Source: Escherichia coli
Lineage (GTDB): Bacteria > Pseudomonadota > Gammaproteobacteria > Enterobacterales > Enterobacteriaceae
Length of the DNA: 64,000 nt
Assembly: GCF_029227855.1 (NCBI RefSeq)
Contig: NZ_CP074356.1
Direction: 5' to 3' (one strand)
Shown: positions 24,175 to 35,069 of the stretch, one piece after another
Layout of the letters: each line of letters opens with the position of its first letter
How positions within the stretch are numbered: position 1 is the stretch's first letter
The notes under the pieces: model-generated
Told to the model about the DNA's origin: nothing
The model's input: only the letters and a program-made list of their open reading frames with translations
Database searches by the model: none
Made by a program: the position numbers and the translations under genes

Positions 24175-25128
24175 GTGGATAGTAATAATCAAATTGAAAC
24201 CTGTTTAAGCAGAAAGTCGTCAGAAGGTAAACCACAAATATTTACAACCTTACGAAATATTGATCTTAACCTTCTGACTATTTTTGAAGCTGTATATGTA
24301 CATAAAGGGATCGTTAATGCAGCGAAAGTGCTTAATCTGACACCCTCGGCAATCAGTCAGTCTATTCAGAAACTGCGCGTTATATTCCCTGACCCATTGT
24401 TTATTCGCAAAGGCCAGGGTGTCACTCCTACCGCATTTGCGATGCATCTACATGAGTATATCAGTCAGGGCCTTGAGTCCATTCTTGGCGCGCTGGATAT
24501 CGAAGGAAGCTATGATAAGCAACGAACGATAACTATTGCGACCACCCCCTCGGTCGGAGCCCTGGTCCTTCCTGTCATCTATCGGGCGATTAAATCTCAC
24601 TATCCGCAGCTTTTACTGCGCAACCCCCCCATCAGCGACGCGGAAAACCAACTCAGTCAGTTTCAAACCGATCTCATCATCGATAACATGTTTTGCACCA
24701 ATCGTACGGTGCAACATCATGTTCTGTTCACCGACAATATGGTGTTAATTTTCCGCGAGGGAAATCCACTACTCTCTTTAGAAGATGACAGGGAGACTAT
24801 CGACAACGCTGCGCATATACTCCTGTTACCGGAAGGGCAAAATTTCAGCGGTCTGCGGCAGAGAGTTCAAGAGATGTTTCCGGACCGGCAAATCAGTTTC
24901 ACCAGCTACAACATTTTGACAATCGCTGCACTGGTTGCCAACAGTGACATGTTAGCGATTATTCCCAGCCGTTTTTATAACCTGTTTAGCCGTTGCTGGC
25001 CGCTGGAAAAACTGCCTTTTCCGTCCTTAAATGATGAGCAAATAGATTTCTCTATCCACTACAACAAATTCAGCCTGCGTGATCCCATCCTGCACGGGGT
25101 AATAGATGTTATCCGTAATGCATTTTGA
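24175..25128 (+). CDS. ybeF: LysR-family transcriptional regulator YbeF
   Basis: 317 aa; N-terminal LysR HTH; GTG start; AT-rich gene with AT-rich flanks. Confidence 0.88.
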   Translation: MDSNNQIETCLSRKSSEGKPQIFTTLRNIDLNLLTIFEAVYVHKGIVNAAKVLNLTPSAISQSIQKLRVIFPDPLFIRKGQGVTPTAFAMHLHEYISQGLESILGALDIEGSYDKQRTITIATTPSVGALVLPVIYRAIKSHYPQLLLRNPPISDAENQLSQFQTDLIIDNMFCTNRTVQHHVLFTDNMVLIFREGNPLLSLEDDRETIDNAAHILLLPEGQNFSGLRQRVQEMFPDRQISFTSYNILTIAALVANSDMLAIIPSRFYNLFSRCWPLEKLPFPSLNDEQIDFSIHYNKFSLRDPILHGVIDVIRNAF

Positions 25129-25336
25129 AAAAGTATTGTTACAGCCAGATCACAGCGAAGAACGAAAAAATGGCACAATCCAACAACAATTTTACATTTT
25201 CGCGACCGCTTTGGCTGCTTTCAGGTCCGTTTCAATGATATACTGCCAGTCGTTAATTCAAAAATAGTTGATAATTACAACAATCTATTGAATTGAAACG
25301 CTTTCCTTCGTAATTCGCAACTGGAACACGCACGCT

Positions 25337-26302
25337 ATGAGTAAACCCATTGTGATGGAACGCGGTGTTAAATACCGCGATGCCGATAAGATGGCCCTTA
25401 TCCCGGTTAAAAACGTGGCAACAGAGCGCGAAGCCCTGCTGCGCAAGCCGGAATGGATGAAAATCAAGCTTCCAGCGGACTCTACACGTATCCAGGGCAT
25501 CAAAGCGGCAATGCGCAAAAATGGCCTGCATTCTGTCTGCGAGGAAGCCTCCTGCCCTAACCTGGCGGAATGCTTCAACCACGGCACAGCAACGTTTATG
25601 ATCCTCGGCGCTATTTGTACCCGCCGTTGTCCGTTCTGTGACGTTGCCCACGGTCGCCCGGTAGCTCCGGATGCCAATGAACCAGTGAAACTGGCGCAGA
25701 CCATTGCCGATATGGCGCTGCGTTATGTGGTTATCACCTCCGTTGACCGTGATGACCTGCGCGATGGCGGTGCCCAGCACTTTGCGGATTGCATTACTGC
25801 CATTCGGGAAAAAAGCCCGCAAATCAAAATTGAAACTCTGGTGCCGGATTTCCGCGGTCGTATGGATCGTGCTCTGGATATTCTAACCGCCACACCACCA
25901 GATGTGTTCAACCATAACCTGGAAAACGTACCGCGTATTTACCGTCAGGTACGGCCTGGTGCAGATTACAACTGGTCGCTGAAGCTGCTGGAACGCTTTA
26001 AAGAAGCGCATCCGGAAATCCCGACCAAGTCTGGTCTGATGGTGGGTCTGGGTGAAACCAATGAAGAAATTATTGAGGTAATGCGCGACCTGCGCCGTCA
26101 TGGTGTGACGATGTTAACGCTGGGGCAATATTTGCAGCCAAGCCGCCATCACCTGCCGGTTCAACGTTACGTTAGCCCGGATGAGTTCGACGAAATGAAA
26201 GCCGAAGCGCTGGCGATGGGCTTTACCCATGCTGCATGCGGTCCGTTTGTCCGCTCGTCTTACCACGCCGATTTGCAGGCGAAAGGGATGGAAGTTAAGT
26301 AA
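25337..26302 (+). CDS. lipA: Lipoyl synthase LipA
   Basis: 321 aa; radical-SAM CxxxCxxC (CTRRCPFC) plus N-terminal auxiliary-cluster cysteines. Confidence 0.96.
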
Positions 26303-26332
26303 TCCTGTAATAATTACTTACATCTGTCTGAT

Positions 26333-26363
26333 AAAAAACCCGCTTTTTGAAGCGGGTTTTTTT
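26333..26363. terminator. Bidirectional intrinsic terminator between convergent lipA and tatE
   Basis: aaaaaacccgct-ttttga-agcgggtttttt, symmetric A/T tracts. Confidence 0.8.
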
Positions 26364-26403
26364 GTATCGAACAAGATATTGAGGGAGCGTCCTGCTCGCC
26401 ACG

Positions 26404-26607
26404 TCACTCTTTATGAGAGAGCTTTTCAGCCTGAAGATCAACGTCTGCGCCTTTTTTCGCCGCAGCATCGTCATCATTCATCGCCTTCTTGAACCCTTTA
26501 ATGGCCGCTCCAAGGTCTCCGCCCAGCGTACGTAACTTCTTAGTCCCAAACAGCAGAACGACCAGCGCCGCAACTACCAGCAGTTTGGTAATACTAATCT
26601 CACCCAT
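26404..26607 (-). CDS. tatE: Twin-arginine translocase subunit TatE
   Basis: 67 aa TatA/E family ([26 protein letters not shown]). Confidence 0.94.
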   Translation of the reverse strand: MGEISITKLLVVAALVVLLFGTKKLRTLGGDLGAAIKGFKKAMNDDDAAAKKGADVDLQAEKLSHKE

Positions 26608-26735
26608 AGATACCTTCTTGACATATAACCGGCAACAGAACGCGCCTTAAAAACCAGAGAATATTAACGGTCATTCGACGCGCGCACACAATAGCAATCT
26701 GTAACAAGGTGAATCAAGCGCCGAGTAAAAAAACA

Positions 26736-27530
26736 TCATAATAATTGCGGCGGCGCAAAGCGACGGTTGTTTAAGACGGGCAGTTGCGCGCGCACCTGAC
26801 GCACACGTTCGGGCGTCACTTCCGCCATAATGAGTGCAGGCATTTCTGACGCTGCCGCAATGGTGACGCCAAAGGGATCTATAATCCGGCTTTGCCCGAT
26901 ATTTTTGTTCCCGCACTCCCCCGCCGCCACCATATAACAGGTGGTATCCAGCGCACGAGCGGCAAGCAACGTTGACCAGTGATGCTCTTTGAGCGGCCCA
27001 CGAACCCAGGCGGCAGGAAGTACCAGGATTTCAGCTCCCTGTAATGCCTGTGCCAGCGCCAGCTCTGGAAAGCGTAAGTCATAACAGGTCATCAGACCGA
27101 CCTTCATCCCTTCCACCTCCAGTAACGGAGCTATTTCATTACCAGCATCAACATGGCGTGATTCCTGAATGGCAAATGCATCATAGAGATGCAGTTTGGC
27201 ATAACGGGCGACGATGTTTCCTGCCTGTAGCGCCACCAGCATATTCCATGCGCGCCCCGGCGTTGAAGGAACATGAATCGTCAGAATTGTCGTCATCATG
27301 TTACGTTTACTTTCTCGCCGTAAACGTCCGAGGAATTCGCCTTCCAGCAGCTGTGCTGATTTAACCGATAGATCTGCATCATGATCATCACGCGCCAACA
27401 ATGCTTCCGGCAGGACAAACAGCGAAACGTCGTTTTCCGCCGCCTGCGCCATCAACGAGGCACAAATCTCAGCGTTCTTTTCCCACACAGATGTAACAGC
27501 AAACTGTCCTGCAGCAACCAGCATTGCCAC
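26736..27530 (-). CDS. ybeM: Nit-family CN-hydrolase YbeM (deaminated glutathione amidase-like), intact
   Basis: 264 aa uninterrupted ORF with conserved Cys (CYDLRFPE) and Glu/Lys of the nitrilase triad. Confidence 0.85.
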   Translation of the reverse strand: MAMLVAAGQFAVTSVWEKNAEICASLMAQAAENDVSLFVLPEALLARDDHDADLSVKSAQLLEGEFLGRLRRESKRNMMTTILTIHVPSTPGRAWNMLVALQAGNIVARYAKLHLYDAFAIQESRHVDAGNEIAPLLEVEGMKVGLMTCYDLRFPELALAQALQGAEILVLPAAWVRGPLKEHHWSTLLAARALDTTCYMVAAGECGNKNIGQSRIIDPFGVTIAAASEMPALIMAEVTPERVRQVRAQLPVLNNRRFAPPQLL

Positions 27531-27616
27531 CTCCTGTCAGAGTCGTAAAATTCGCCAACGACGATTATTCGGCGTTACACTTATCACTCATACAAATCAA
27601 ATAGCAGGATTTTGCA

Positions 27617-28000
27617 GTGTTACAACTTCTTTTAGCAGTTTTTATTGGCGGTGGTACGGGAAGCGTGGCGAGATGGCTGTTAAGTATGCGATTTAACCCG
27701 CTGCATCAGGCGATTCCGTTGGGGACGCTGGCTGCAAACCTGATTGGGGCATTCATCATAGGAATGGGATTCGCCTGGTTTAGCAGGATGACGAACATTG
27801 ATCCAGTGTGGAAAGTATTAATCACCACCGGATTTTGTGGCGGTCTAACAACCTTCTCAACATTTTCGGCAGAAGTAGTGTTTTTGTTACAAGAGGGCCG
27901 CTTAGGCTGGGCGTTACTGAACGTTTTCGTCAACCTTTTGGGGTCTTTTGCCATGACCGCACTGGCTTTCTGGCTGTTTTCCGCCTCAACCGCACACTAA
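27617..28000 (+). CDS. crcB: Fluoride channel CrcB/FluC
   Basis: 127 aa, four TM helices, GTG start. Confidence 0.92.
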   Translation: MLQLLLAVFIGGGTGSVARWLLSMRFNPLHQAIPLGTLAANLIGAFIIGMGFAWFSRMTNIDPVWKVLITTGFCGGLTTFSTFSAEVVFLLQEGRLGWALLNVFVNLLGSFAMTALAFWLFSASTAH

Positions 28001-28005
28001 AGACC

Positions 28006-28036
28006 AAAAAAAACCCGCTGATTAAGCGGGTTTTGA
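28006..28036. terminator. Bidirectional intrinsic terminator between crcB and cspE
   Basis: aaaaaaacccgct-gatta-agcgggtttt. Confidence 0.8.
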
Positions 28037-28053
28037 ATTCTTGCTGACGTATC

Positions 28054-28263
28054 TTACAGAGCGATTACGTTTGCAGCAGAAGGGCCTTTGGCACCGTTAG
28101 TGATTTCGAACTCTACGCGCTGACCTTCAGCAAGAGTTTTAAAACCATTAGTCTGGATTGCAGAGAAGTGTACAAACACGTCTTTGCTGCCGTCTTCCGG
28201 AGTAATGAAACCGAATCCTTTGGACTCATTAAACCACTTAACGTTACCTTTAATCTTAGACAT
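28054..28263 (-). CDS. cspE: Cold-shock-domain protein CspE
   Basis: 69 aa from [20 protein letters not shown]; RNP1/RNP2 motifs. Confidence 0.95.
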
Positions 28264-28437
28264 CAAAATTACCTTTACATGAAAAATAGACACAAATGCT
28301 GTGTCGGTTACCAGTACACCAATTGTGGTACGCTTTGTCCAGTGCAACTTTACTAAAAAGTGATAAAAGTCGCGTTATTTTTGATGTTAATTATTTTACC
28401 CATTGATTTTAAAGAGTTTACTAAAATTTCATTTGTC

Positions 28438-28998
28438 TCAAAACTGAAAGCGCATCCAGGCAAAGTACACATTGCCATTGTTATAGGTACCCGGAATGTA
28501 GGTCATCTGAAAAGTCACTGGACCATAACCCACAGAGGCCAATGGCAGTAGAACCGGGAGAGGGATGTAATTCCAGTTATCGCGTGCCGTTACGCCAGCG
28601 GTGAATCCCAGTCCTAAATGAAAATTTTCATCCGCCAGCGGTCGCCAGGTACTTTCCCATCCGTATCCGGCAATCGGTTCCCATTTGTTCCACGAGTCCT
28701 TAAATGCCATGGCATACAGGCCATGCCAGTTTCCTTTTTCATCCCAACGCGACTGACCAAAACCGCCACCCCACAGTCGCTCGTTATAGCGATCGGTTTT
28801 TTCTTTGTCGTAAGCGAAACGAGCATGCCAGGTGATGGCAGGAATATATAAATCATAATGTTCAGGCTGTTGCCAGGTTTGTGTAATATTTTCTCCAAAC
28901 GTTGTCATCCACTCATCTGCGTTAGCAAAAACTTTACCAACGCTGATTAACTGAATAAAAACAAAGGAAAAGATAGCGACATATTTACTCACGTTCAT
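28438..28998 (-). CDS. pagP: Lipid A palmitoyltransferase PagP
   Basis: 186 aa outer-membrane beta-barrel with signal peptide [14 protein letters not shown]. Confidence 0.93.
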   Translation of the reverse strand: MNVSKYVAIFSFVFIQLISVGKVFANADEWMTTFGENITQTWQQPEHYDLYIPAITWHARFAYDKEKTDRYNERLWGGGFGQSRWDEKGNWHGLYAMAFKDSWNKWEPIAGYGWESTWRPLADENFHLGLGFTAGVTARDNWNYIPLPVLLPLASVGYGPVTFQMTYIPGTYNNGNVYFAWMRFQF

Positions 28999-29483
28999 TT
29001 GTGACCATAAAACATTTATCAAAAATCTACTACTAGCATAGCAAAGCTACAATTAACATAACCTTAATAGCCCCAACATAAAGAACAATCTGAATAGCTG
29101 CTCTATTTATTTCCGCTTGTTTAAGTTAAATATTTCCGCGCATCGATTAAAGATGATGTATCGTTTTCTGCGATGGGAATAGTCAAAAAAGAAAAACCAA
29201 GTATTTTTTGATGACAAAATGCAACCAAGGAAAAATTTCTTTATTTTTTAATTGGATACAAAAATCACCTTAACGAAGAATATAATATATATCGTCAACC
29301 CATGCTCATGGCAGATTATTTTCTGAGCACGCAACCGCAGCTAACACCATTGCTATTAACAAATTTGCATCAATCCGCCATCAATTTACACACATTATTA
29401 TGTGGTAATTGCCAAACGCTAAATATGCGTTTTGTTATCTATGTATAAAAACAGCAACTTCAATGTCTTAATGGCAGTTTTTC

Positions 29484-29497
29484 TTGATTTTAATCAG
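29484..29497 (+). promoter_or_regulatory. Candidate FNR site upstream of dcuC
   Basis: TTGAT-TTTA-ATCAG, 9/10 match to TTGAT-N4-ATCAA, about 96 bp upstream of dcuC ATG. Confidence 0.5.
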
Positions 29498-29586
29498 CAT
29501 TCACCGCCAATTTATTGGGCATATTTTTTCCTTAAGTTTTAGGAATTTTTTATTATTTACTTTGGGGCCTGGAGACAGGAAAAATT

Positions 29587-30972
29587 ATGCTGACATTCAT
29601 TGAACTCCTTATTGGGGTTGTGGTTATTGTGGGTGTGGCTCGCTACATCATTAAAGGGTATTCCGCCACTGGCGTGTTATTTGTCGGTGGCCTGTTATTG
29701 CTGATTATCAGTGCCATTATGGGGCACAAAGTGTTACCGTCCAGCCAGGCTTCAACAGGCTACAGCGCCACGGATATCGTTGAATACGTTAAAATATTGC
29801 TAATGAGCCGCGGCGGCGACCTCGGCATGATGATTATGATGCTGTGTGGCTTTGCCGCTTACATGACCCATATCGGCGCGAATGATATGGTGGTCAAGCT
29901 GGCGTCAAAACCATTGCAGTATATTAACTCCCCTTACCTGCTGATGATTGCCGCCTATTTTGTCGCCTGTCTGATGTCTCTGGCCGTCTCTTCCGCGACC
30001 GGTCTGGGTGTTTTGCTGATGGCAACCCTGTTTCCGGTGATGGTAAACGTTGGTATCAGCCGTGGTGCAGCTGCTGCTATTTGTGCCTCCCCGGCGGCGA
30101 TTATTCTCGCACCGACTTCAGGGGATGTGGTGCTGGCGGCGCAGGCTTCCGAAATGTCGCTGATTGACTTCGCCTTCAAAACGACGCTGCCTATCTCAAT
30201 TGCTGCAATTATCGGCATGGCGATCGCCCACTTCTTCTGGCAACGTTATCTGGATAAAAAAGAGCACATCTCTCATGAAATGTTAGATGTCAGTGAAATC
30301 ACCACCACTGCTCCTGCGTTTTATGCCATTTTGCCGTTCACGCCGATCATCGGAGTGCTGATTTTTGACGGCAAATGGGGTCCGCAATTACACATCATCA
30401 CTATTCTGGTGATTTGTATGCTGATTGCCTCCATTCTGGAGTTCATCCGCAGCTTTAATACCCAGAAAGTTTTCTCTGGTCTGGAAGTGGCTTATCGCGG
30501 GATGGCAGATGCGTTTGCTAACGTGGTGATGCTGCTGGTTGCCGCTGGGGTATTCGCTCAGGGGCTTAGCACCATCGGCTTTATTCAAAGTCTGATTTCT
30601 ATCGCCACCTCGTTTGGTTCGGCGAGTATCATCCTGATGCTGGTATTAGTGATCCTGACAATGCTGGCGGCAGTCACGACCGGTTCAGGCAATGCGCCGT
30701 TTTATGCGTTTGTTGAGATGATCCCGAAACTGGCGCACTCTTCCGGCATTAACCCGGCGTATTTGACTATCCCAATGCTGCAGGCGTCAAACCTCGGTCG
30801 TACCCTGTCACCCGTTTCTGGCGTAGTCGTTGCGGTTGCCGGGATGGCGAAAATCTCACCATTTGAAGTCGTAAAACGCACCTCGGTGCCGGTGCTTGTT
30901 GGTTTGGTGATTGTTATCGTTGCTACAGAGCTGATGGTGCCAGGAACGGCAGCCGCGGTCACAGGCAAGTAA
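29587..30972 (+). CDS. dcuC: Anaerobic C4-dicarboxylate transporter DcuC
   Basis: 461 aa polytopic membrane protein. Confidence 0.95.
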   Translation: MLTFIELLIGVVVIVGVARYIIKGYSATGVLFVGGLLLLIISAIMGHKVLPSSQASTGYSATDIVEYVKILLMSRGGDLGMMIMMLCGFAAYMTHIGANDMVVKLASKPLQYINSPYLLMIAAYFVACLMSLAVSSATGLGVLLMATLFPVMVNVGISRGAAAAICASPAAIILAPTSGDVVLAAQASEMSLIDFAFKTTLPISIAAIIGMAIAHFFWQRYLDKKEHISHEMLDVSEITTTAPAFYAILPFTPIIGVLIFDGKWGPQLHIITILVICMLIASILEFIRSFNTQKVFSGLEVAYRGMADAFANVVMLLVAAGVFAQGLSTIGFIQSLISIATSFGSASIILMLVLVILTMLAAVTTGSGNAPFYAFVEMIPKLAHSSGINPAYLTIPMLQASNLGRTLSPVSGVVVAVAGMAKISPFEVVKRTSVPVLVGLVIVIVATELMVPGTAAAVTGK

Positions 30973-30980
30973 ATAGTCAT

Positions 30981-31010
30981 GCCGGAGGCAAGTTTCCTCC
31001 GGCTTTATCA
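30981..31010. terminator. Terminator hairpin between dcuC and dpiA
   Basis: gccggagg-caagttt-cctccggc followed by tttatcat. Confidence 0.7.
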
Positions 31011-31012
31011 TG

Positions 31013-31693
31013 TCACCCACTGTGGTATATGCGTTGCGGTCTGCCAACTTTGCCGTGAACAATTTCAGCAATAATCAGATGGCGGCTGGCGCAATATTCA
31101 AGATAACGTCTGGCAGTGGTGCGGCTGATAGTCAGTGCCTGCGCCACCGTTTCTGCCGTATGTTGCACACCAGGCTCTTTAAACAGTTTTCGCACTGCGT
31201 TTAGCGTCAAGGGGTCAATGCCGGTCGGCAGTTCGTCTTTGGGTTCACCGCGAGCATAGGCATTAAACATCTCATCAATTTGCTTCTGGCTGGCGCTATC
31301 AATACTTTCCAGCATATGTTTACGCTGGCGGAAACGGGTTAGCGTTTGCCCCAGACGTTCATAGGCAATTGGCTTAATGAGATAATCAAATACACCACAA
31401 CGTACGGCTTCAGACACCGTTTCCATATCACTGGCTGCAGTGGTAAACACCACGTCGCCGGGATAATGCGCCTGCACCAGTTCATGCAGTAAATTAATCC
31501 CTCTACCGTCAGGAAGATAGTTATCGAGCAAGATTAGCCCCGGCTTAAAACGCTCGATCATCATTCGGGCCTGCGCCAGGTTTCCCGCCAGTAATATCTG
31601 ACTGAATCCGGGAATGTGACGAATATATTCCGCATGCATCTCTGCCAGCGGCGTTTCGTCCTCAACGATCAATAGGGTTAATGGAGCTGTCAT
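31013..31693 (-). CDS. dpiA: Response regulator DpiA (CitB)
   Basis: 226 aa; receiver domain with phospho-acceptor Asp context (LILLDNYLPDG). Confidence 0.94.
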   Translation of the reverse strand: MTAPLTLLIVEDETPLAEMHAEYIRHIPGFSQILLAGNLAQARMMIERFKPGLILLDNYLPDGRGINLLHELVQAHYPGDVVFTTAASDMETVSEAVRCGVFDYLIKPIAYERLGQTLTRFRQRKHMLESIDSASQKQIDEMFNAYARGEPKDELPTGIDPLTLNAVRKLFKEPGVQHTAETVAQALTISRTTARRYLEYCASRHLIIAEIVHGKVGRPQRIYHSG

Positions 31694-33320
31694 TAGGTTT
31701 CACTTTCGGAATATAGATTGAAAATAAGGTACCGCAGGGATCATTATCTTCGAGAGTGATAACACCACCGCAGCGCGTTACGTAGCTGGCAATCAAGTAC
31801 AACCCAATGCCATGTTCACCGGGCTCGTCAGCACGCGTACTGACACCCTGCTCAAATATTTTGTCTCGTAGAGACTCTGGAACGCCGCAGCCCTGATCGG
31901 CGACTTCAATCACCACATCATCGCCTTCATCGCTGAGGAATAATTCAACGATCTTGTTTCCTTCATCGCTACGTAGGCTGGCTTCGAAGGCGTTATCAAG
32001 TAAATTGCCAACAATGGCTGCAAACTCGGTGCTGTCCAGTCCTGGCGGCAGTTGCGAAAGCTGACTTCCGGGGACGATGACCATTTTTAGCCCCAGTTCG
32101 CGGGCGCGCTGCACTTTACCAAAAAGCAGCCCCGCCACCTGGCGATCGGCAAACGCCTCGCGCAGGCTATCAATAAGCTGTTGCTGGGCCTGAGACTCCC
32201 CCTGCACCATCGCCAACACGCGATCATACTCTTTCATCTGCAACAGACCATTGAGCGTCGACATCCAATTGAGATGCTCGTGTCGCAATGTGCGCAGGCT
32301 CTCGACGTATTGTTTAATTTGCGTCAGTTGCGCATTGAGGGTGGATATTTCGTCTTTACTACGAAAGCTGATAATGGCCCCCAGCAAATCATCACCAGAA
32401 CGAATAGCTTCCCGGTTGGCAATAACGCTCAGACCGTTAAAGTTCGCCACCACATCCTGTCGTTTTTCATCAATCTGTTCGGTAAAGAAATCGGCGGGCC
32501 TGACCACTTCAGCAATGGGTTTACCCAACCATTGCCGTCCGGGGGAGCTCAGCCCCAGCATCTTTCTTGCGTTACGATTGATGGCGGTAATGTAACCGTG
32601 CGGATCCACCGCAATGAGCCCTTCATAAACCGAACTAAACAGCGCCTCTTGCTGACGGACCACGCGTGCGATTTGCTTTGGCTCCATGCCCATCATCTGC
32701 CGACGGATATGCGCGGCCAGGAACCACGACAGCAACATCAGAATCCCTAACAGCACGACAAACACGCCAGCCATCGGTAATAAAAACTCAGCCCGCCAGC
32801 TATCGATTTTACTCACCAGGTAGCCAATCGACACCACGCCGATGACTTTTCCATCGTCATCAAAGATTGGCGTTTTGGCACGCATCGCCATGCCAATTGA
32901 CCCTTTCCCGGTGATGAAGTAGCTCTCCCCTTTCTCCAGCGCGCCCGGTTTGGTGAACTGCATAGGATAACCAATTTTCTCCGGATTAGGATGGTAAAGA
33001 CGAATCGAGTGCCGATCGCCAATCACCACATAATCGAAATCAGTATCTCTTTGTAATTTATCAGCGATGGTCGCCAGCCTCTTGTAGTCACGCGTTTTCA
33101 CTGCGCTGATGATACTGTCATTAGAAGCAATAATTTTTGCCTGATTCATTGCCATATCGCGCACATGAAGCGTTAAATAGTCCTCAAAACTGGCCGTAAA
33201 ATATTGCGCCAGGGCTGCAATGACAAATATTGAGAACACCAGAATCAGCAAAAAGATACGCAGCGGAAATGCCAGTCTTTGGAAAAATGCAAACTGTTTA
33301 TTCTCGTTAAGCTGCAACAT
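31662..33320 (-). CDS. dpiB: Citrate-sensing histidine kinase DpiB (CitA)
   Basis: 552 aa from MLQLNENKQF; two TMs flanking a periplasmic domain, H-box and HATPase; 32-nt overlap with dpiA. Confidence 0.93.
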   Translation of the reverse strand: MLQLNENKQFAFFQRLAFPLRIFLLILVFSIFVIAALAQYFTASFEDYLTLHVRDMAMNQAKIIASNDSIISAVKTRDYKRLATIADKLQRDTDFDYVVIGDRHSIRLYHPNPEKIGYPMQFTKPGALEKGESYFITGKGSIGMAMRAKTPIFDDDGKVIGVVSIGYLVSKIDSWRAEFLLPMAGVFVVLLGILMLLSWFLAAHIRRQMMGMEPKQIARVVRQQEALFSSVYEGLIAVDPHGYITAINRNARKMLGLSSPGRQWLGKPIAEVVRPADFFTEQIDEKRQDVVANFNGLSVIANREAIRSGDDLLGAIISFRSKDEISTLNAQLTQIKQYVESLRTLRHEHLNWMSTLNGLLQMKEYDRVLAMVQGESQAQQQLIDSLREAFADRQVAGLLFGKVQRARELGLKMVIVPGSQLSQLPPGLDSTEFAAIVGNLLDNAFEASLRSDEGNKIVELFLSDEGDDVVIEVADQGCGVPESLRDKIFEQGVSTRADEPGEHGIGLYLIASYVTRCGGVITLEDNDPCGTLFSIYIPKVKPNDSSINPIDR

Positions 33321-33699
33321 TGTTTTCCTTGCGGGTTGTCCCGAGCCTCTTTGACGAATGTAATTAAAATGTTGAATCAAAATACATAGATATTAAATAT
33401 AATCGTGGCAAATTTTATTCATTAAATCAATTAAATCACTTAAACCTGCGGGTCATTTCGTAATTACATTAATTAAAAAACTTAAAACCATTAAATAAAT
33501 AAAAAACCACTAACTCTATGTGAAATAAATCAAAATTTCACGCTGCAATACTCCTTAGGATGTATAGCGAAAGGAGAAAAAGATATACCTCGATCGCCCC
33601 CCTTTCTCCCAAGTGAAAATAAAAGGTTATCAGTTTGCAACATCGAACAACATTTGTTGCAAATCGATAACAACATGCACCTTCAGGATACTATTTATT

Positions 33700-34758
33700 A
33701 TGTTCGGCAATGATATTTTCACCCGTGTAAAACGTTCAGAAAATAAAAAAATGGCGGAAATCGCCCAATTCCTGCATGAAAATGATTTGAGCGTTGACAC
33801 CACAGTCGAAGTATTTATTACCGTAACCCGCGATGAAAAGCTTATCGCGTGCGGTGGAATTGCCGGAAATATTATTAAATGCGTTGCTATCAGTGAATCC
33901 GTTCGCGGTGAAGGACTGGCGCTGACATTAGCCACCGAGCTAATTAACCTCGCCTATGAGCGGCACAGCACGCATCTGTTTATTTATACCAAAACCGAAT
34001 ACGAGGCGCTGTTCCGCCAGTGCGGTTTTTCCACGCTGACCAGTGTACCCGGCGTGATGGTGCTGATGGAAAACAGCGCCACGCGACTGAAACGCTATGC
34101 CGAATCGCTGAAAAAATTTCGTCATCCAGGGAACAAGATTGGCTGCATTGTGATGAACGCCAATCCCTTTACGAATGGTCACCGTTATCTGATTCAACAG
34201 GCTGCAGCACAGTGCGACTGGTTGCATCTGTTTTTAGTTAAAGAAGATTCTTCACGCTTTCCCTATGAAGACCGGCTGGATCTGGTGTTAAAAGGCACCG
34301 CCGATATTCCACGCCTGACTGTGCATCGCGGCTCCGAATACATCATCTCCCGCGCTACGTTCCCTTGCTACTTCATTAAAGAACAGAGCGTCATTAACCA
34401 TTGTTACACCGAAATTGATCTGAAGATTTTCCGTCAGTACCTCGCTCCCGCGCTGGGTGTAACTCACCGCTTTGTCGGTACTGAACCCTTTTGTCGCGTT
34501 ACCGCCCAGTACAACCAGGATATGCGCTACTGGCTGGAAACGCCGACTATCTCCGCACCGCCCATCGAACTGGTTGAAATTGAGCGGCTGCGTTACCAGG
34601 AGATGCCGATATCCGCTTCCCGGGTACGTCAACTGCTGGCGAAAAACGATCTCACGGCTATCGCGCCGCTGGTCCCTGCAGTCACGCTGCATTATTTGCA
34701 GAACCTGCTTGAGCACTCCCGCCAGGACGCGGCAGCTCGTCAAAAGACCCCCGCATGA
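33700..34758 (+). CDS. citC: [Citrate lyase] ligase CitC
   Basis: 352 aa from MFGNDIF; start choice uncertain, ORF open from 33613. Confidence 0.88.
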   Translation: MFGNDIFTRVKRSENKKMAEIAQFLHENDLSVDTTVEVFITVTRDEKLIACGGIAGNIIKCVAISESVRGEGLALTLATELINLAYERHSTHLFIYTKTEYEALFRQCGFSTLTSVPGVMVLMENSATRLKRYAESLKKFRHPGNKIGCIVMNANPFTNGHRYLIQQAAAQCDWLHLFLVKEDSSRFPYEDRLDLVLKGTADIPRLTVHRGSEYIISRATFPCYFIKEQSVINHCYTEIDLKIFRQYLAPALGVTHRFVGTEPFCRVTAQYNQDMRYWLETPTISAPPIELVEIERLRYQEMPISASRVRQLLAKNDLTAIAPLVPAVTLHYLQNLLEHSRQDAAARQKTPA

Positions 34759-34772
34759 GAAACAGGTGAAAA

Positions 34773-35069
34773 ATGAAAATAAACCAGCCCGCCGTTGCAG
34801 GCACCCTTGAGTCTGGGGATGTGATGATACGCATCGCCCCACTCGATACGCAGGATATCGACCTGCAAATCAACAGCAGCGTTGAGAAACAGTTTGGCGA
34901 TGCAATTCGCACCACCATTCTGGACGTTCTCGCCCGCTACAACGTGCGCGGCGTACAGCTGAATGTCGATGATAAAGGCGCACTGGACTGCATTTTACGT
35001 GCACGACTGGAAGCCCTGCTGGCACGCGCCAGCGGTATCCCGGCTCTGCCATGGGAGGATTGCCAATGA
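34773..35069 (+). CDS. citD: Citrate lyase acyl carrier protein (gamma subunit)
   Basis: 98 aa ORF. Confidence 0.93.

Noticed and set aside
27531-27616. Possible fluoride riboswitch upstream of crcB
   Set aside because: Only 86 bp separate ybeM and crcB, and I cannot find the conserved crcB-motif pseudoknot elements. As far as I know E. coli crcB lacks the riboswitch. A covariance-model scan would settle it.
29100-29130. Possible PhoP box upstream of pagP
   Set aside because: Only one reasonable TGTTTA half-site is present (tgtttaagttaaatatt); the second half-site is poor. It cannot be supported without a PWM scan or footprint.
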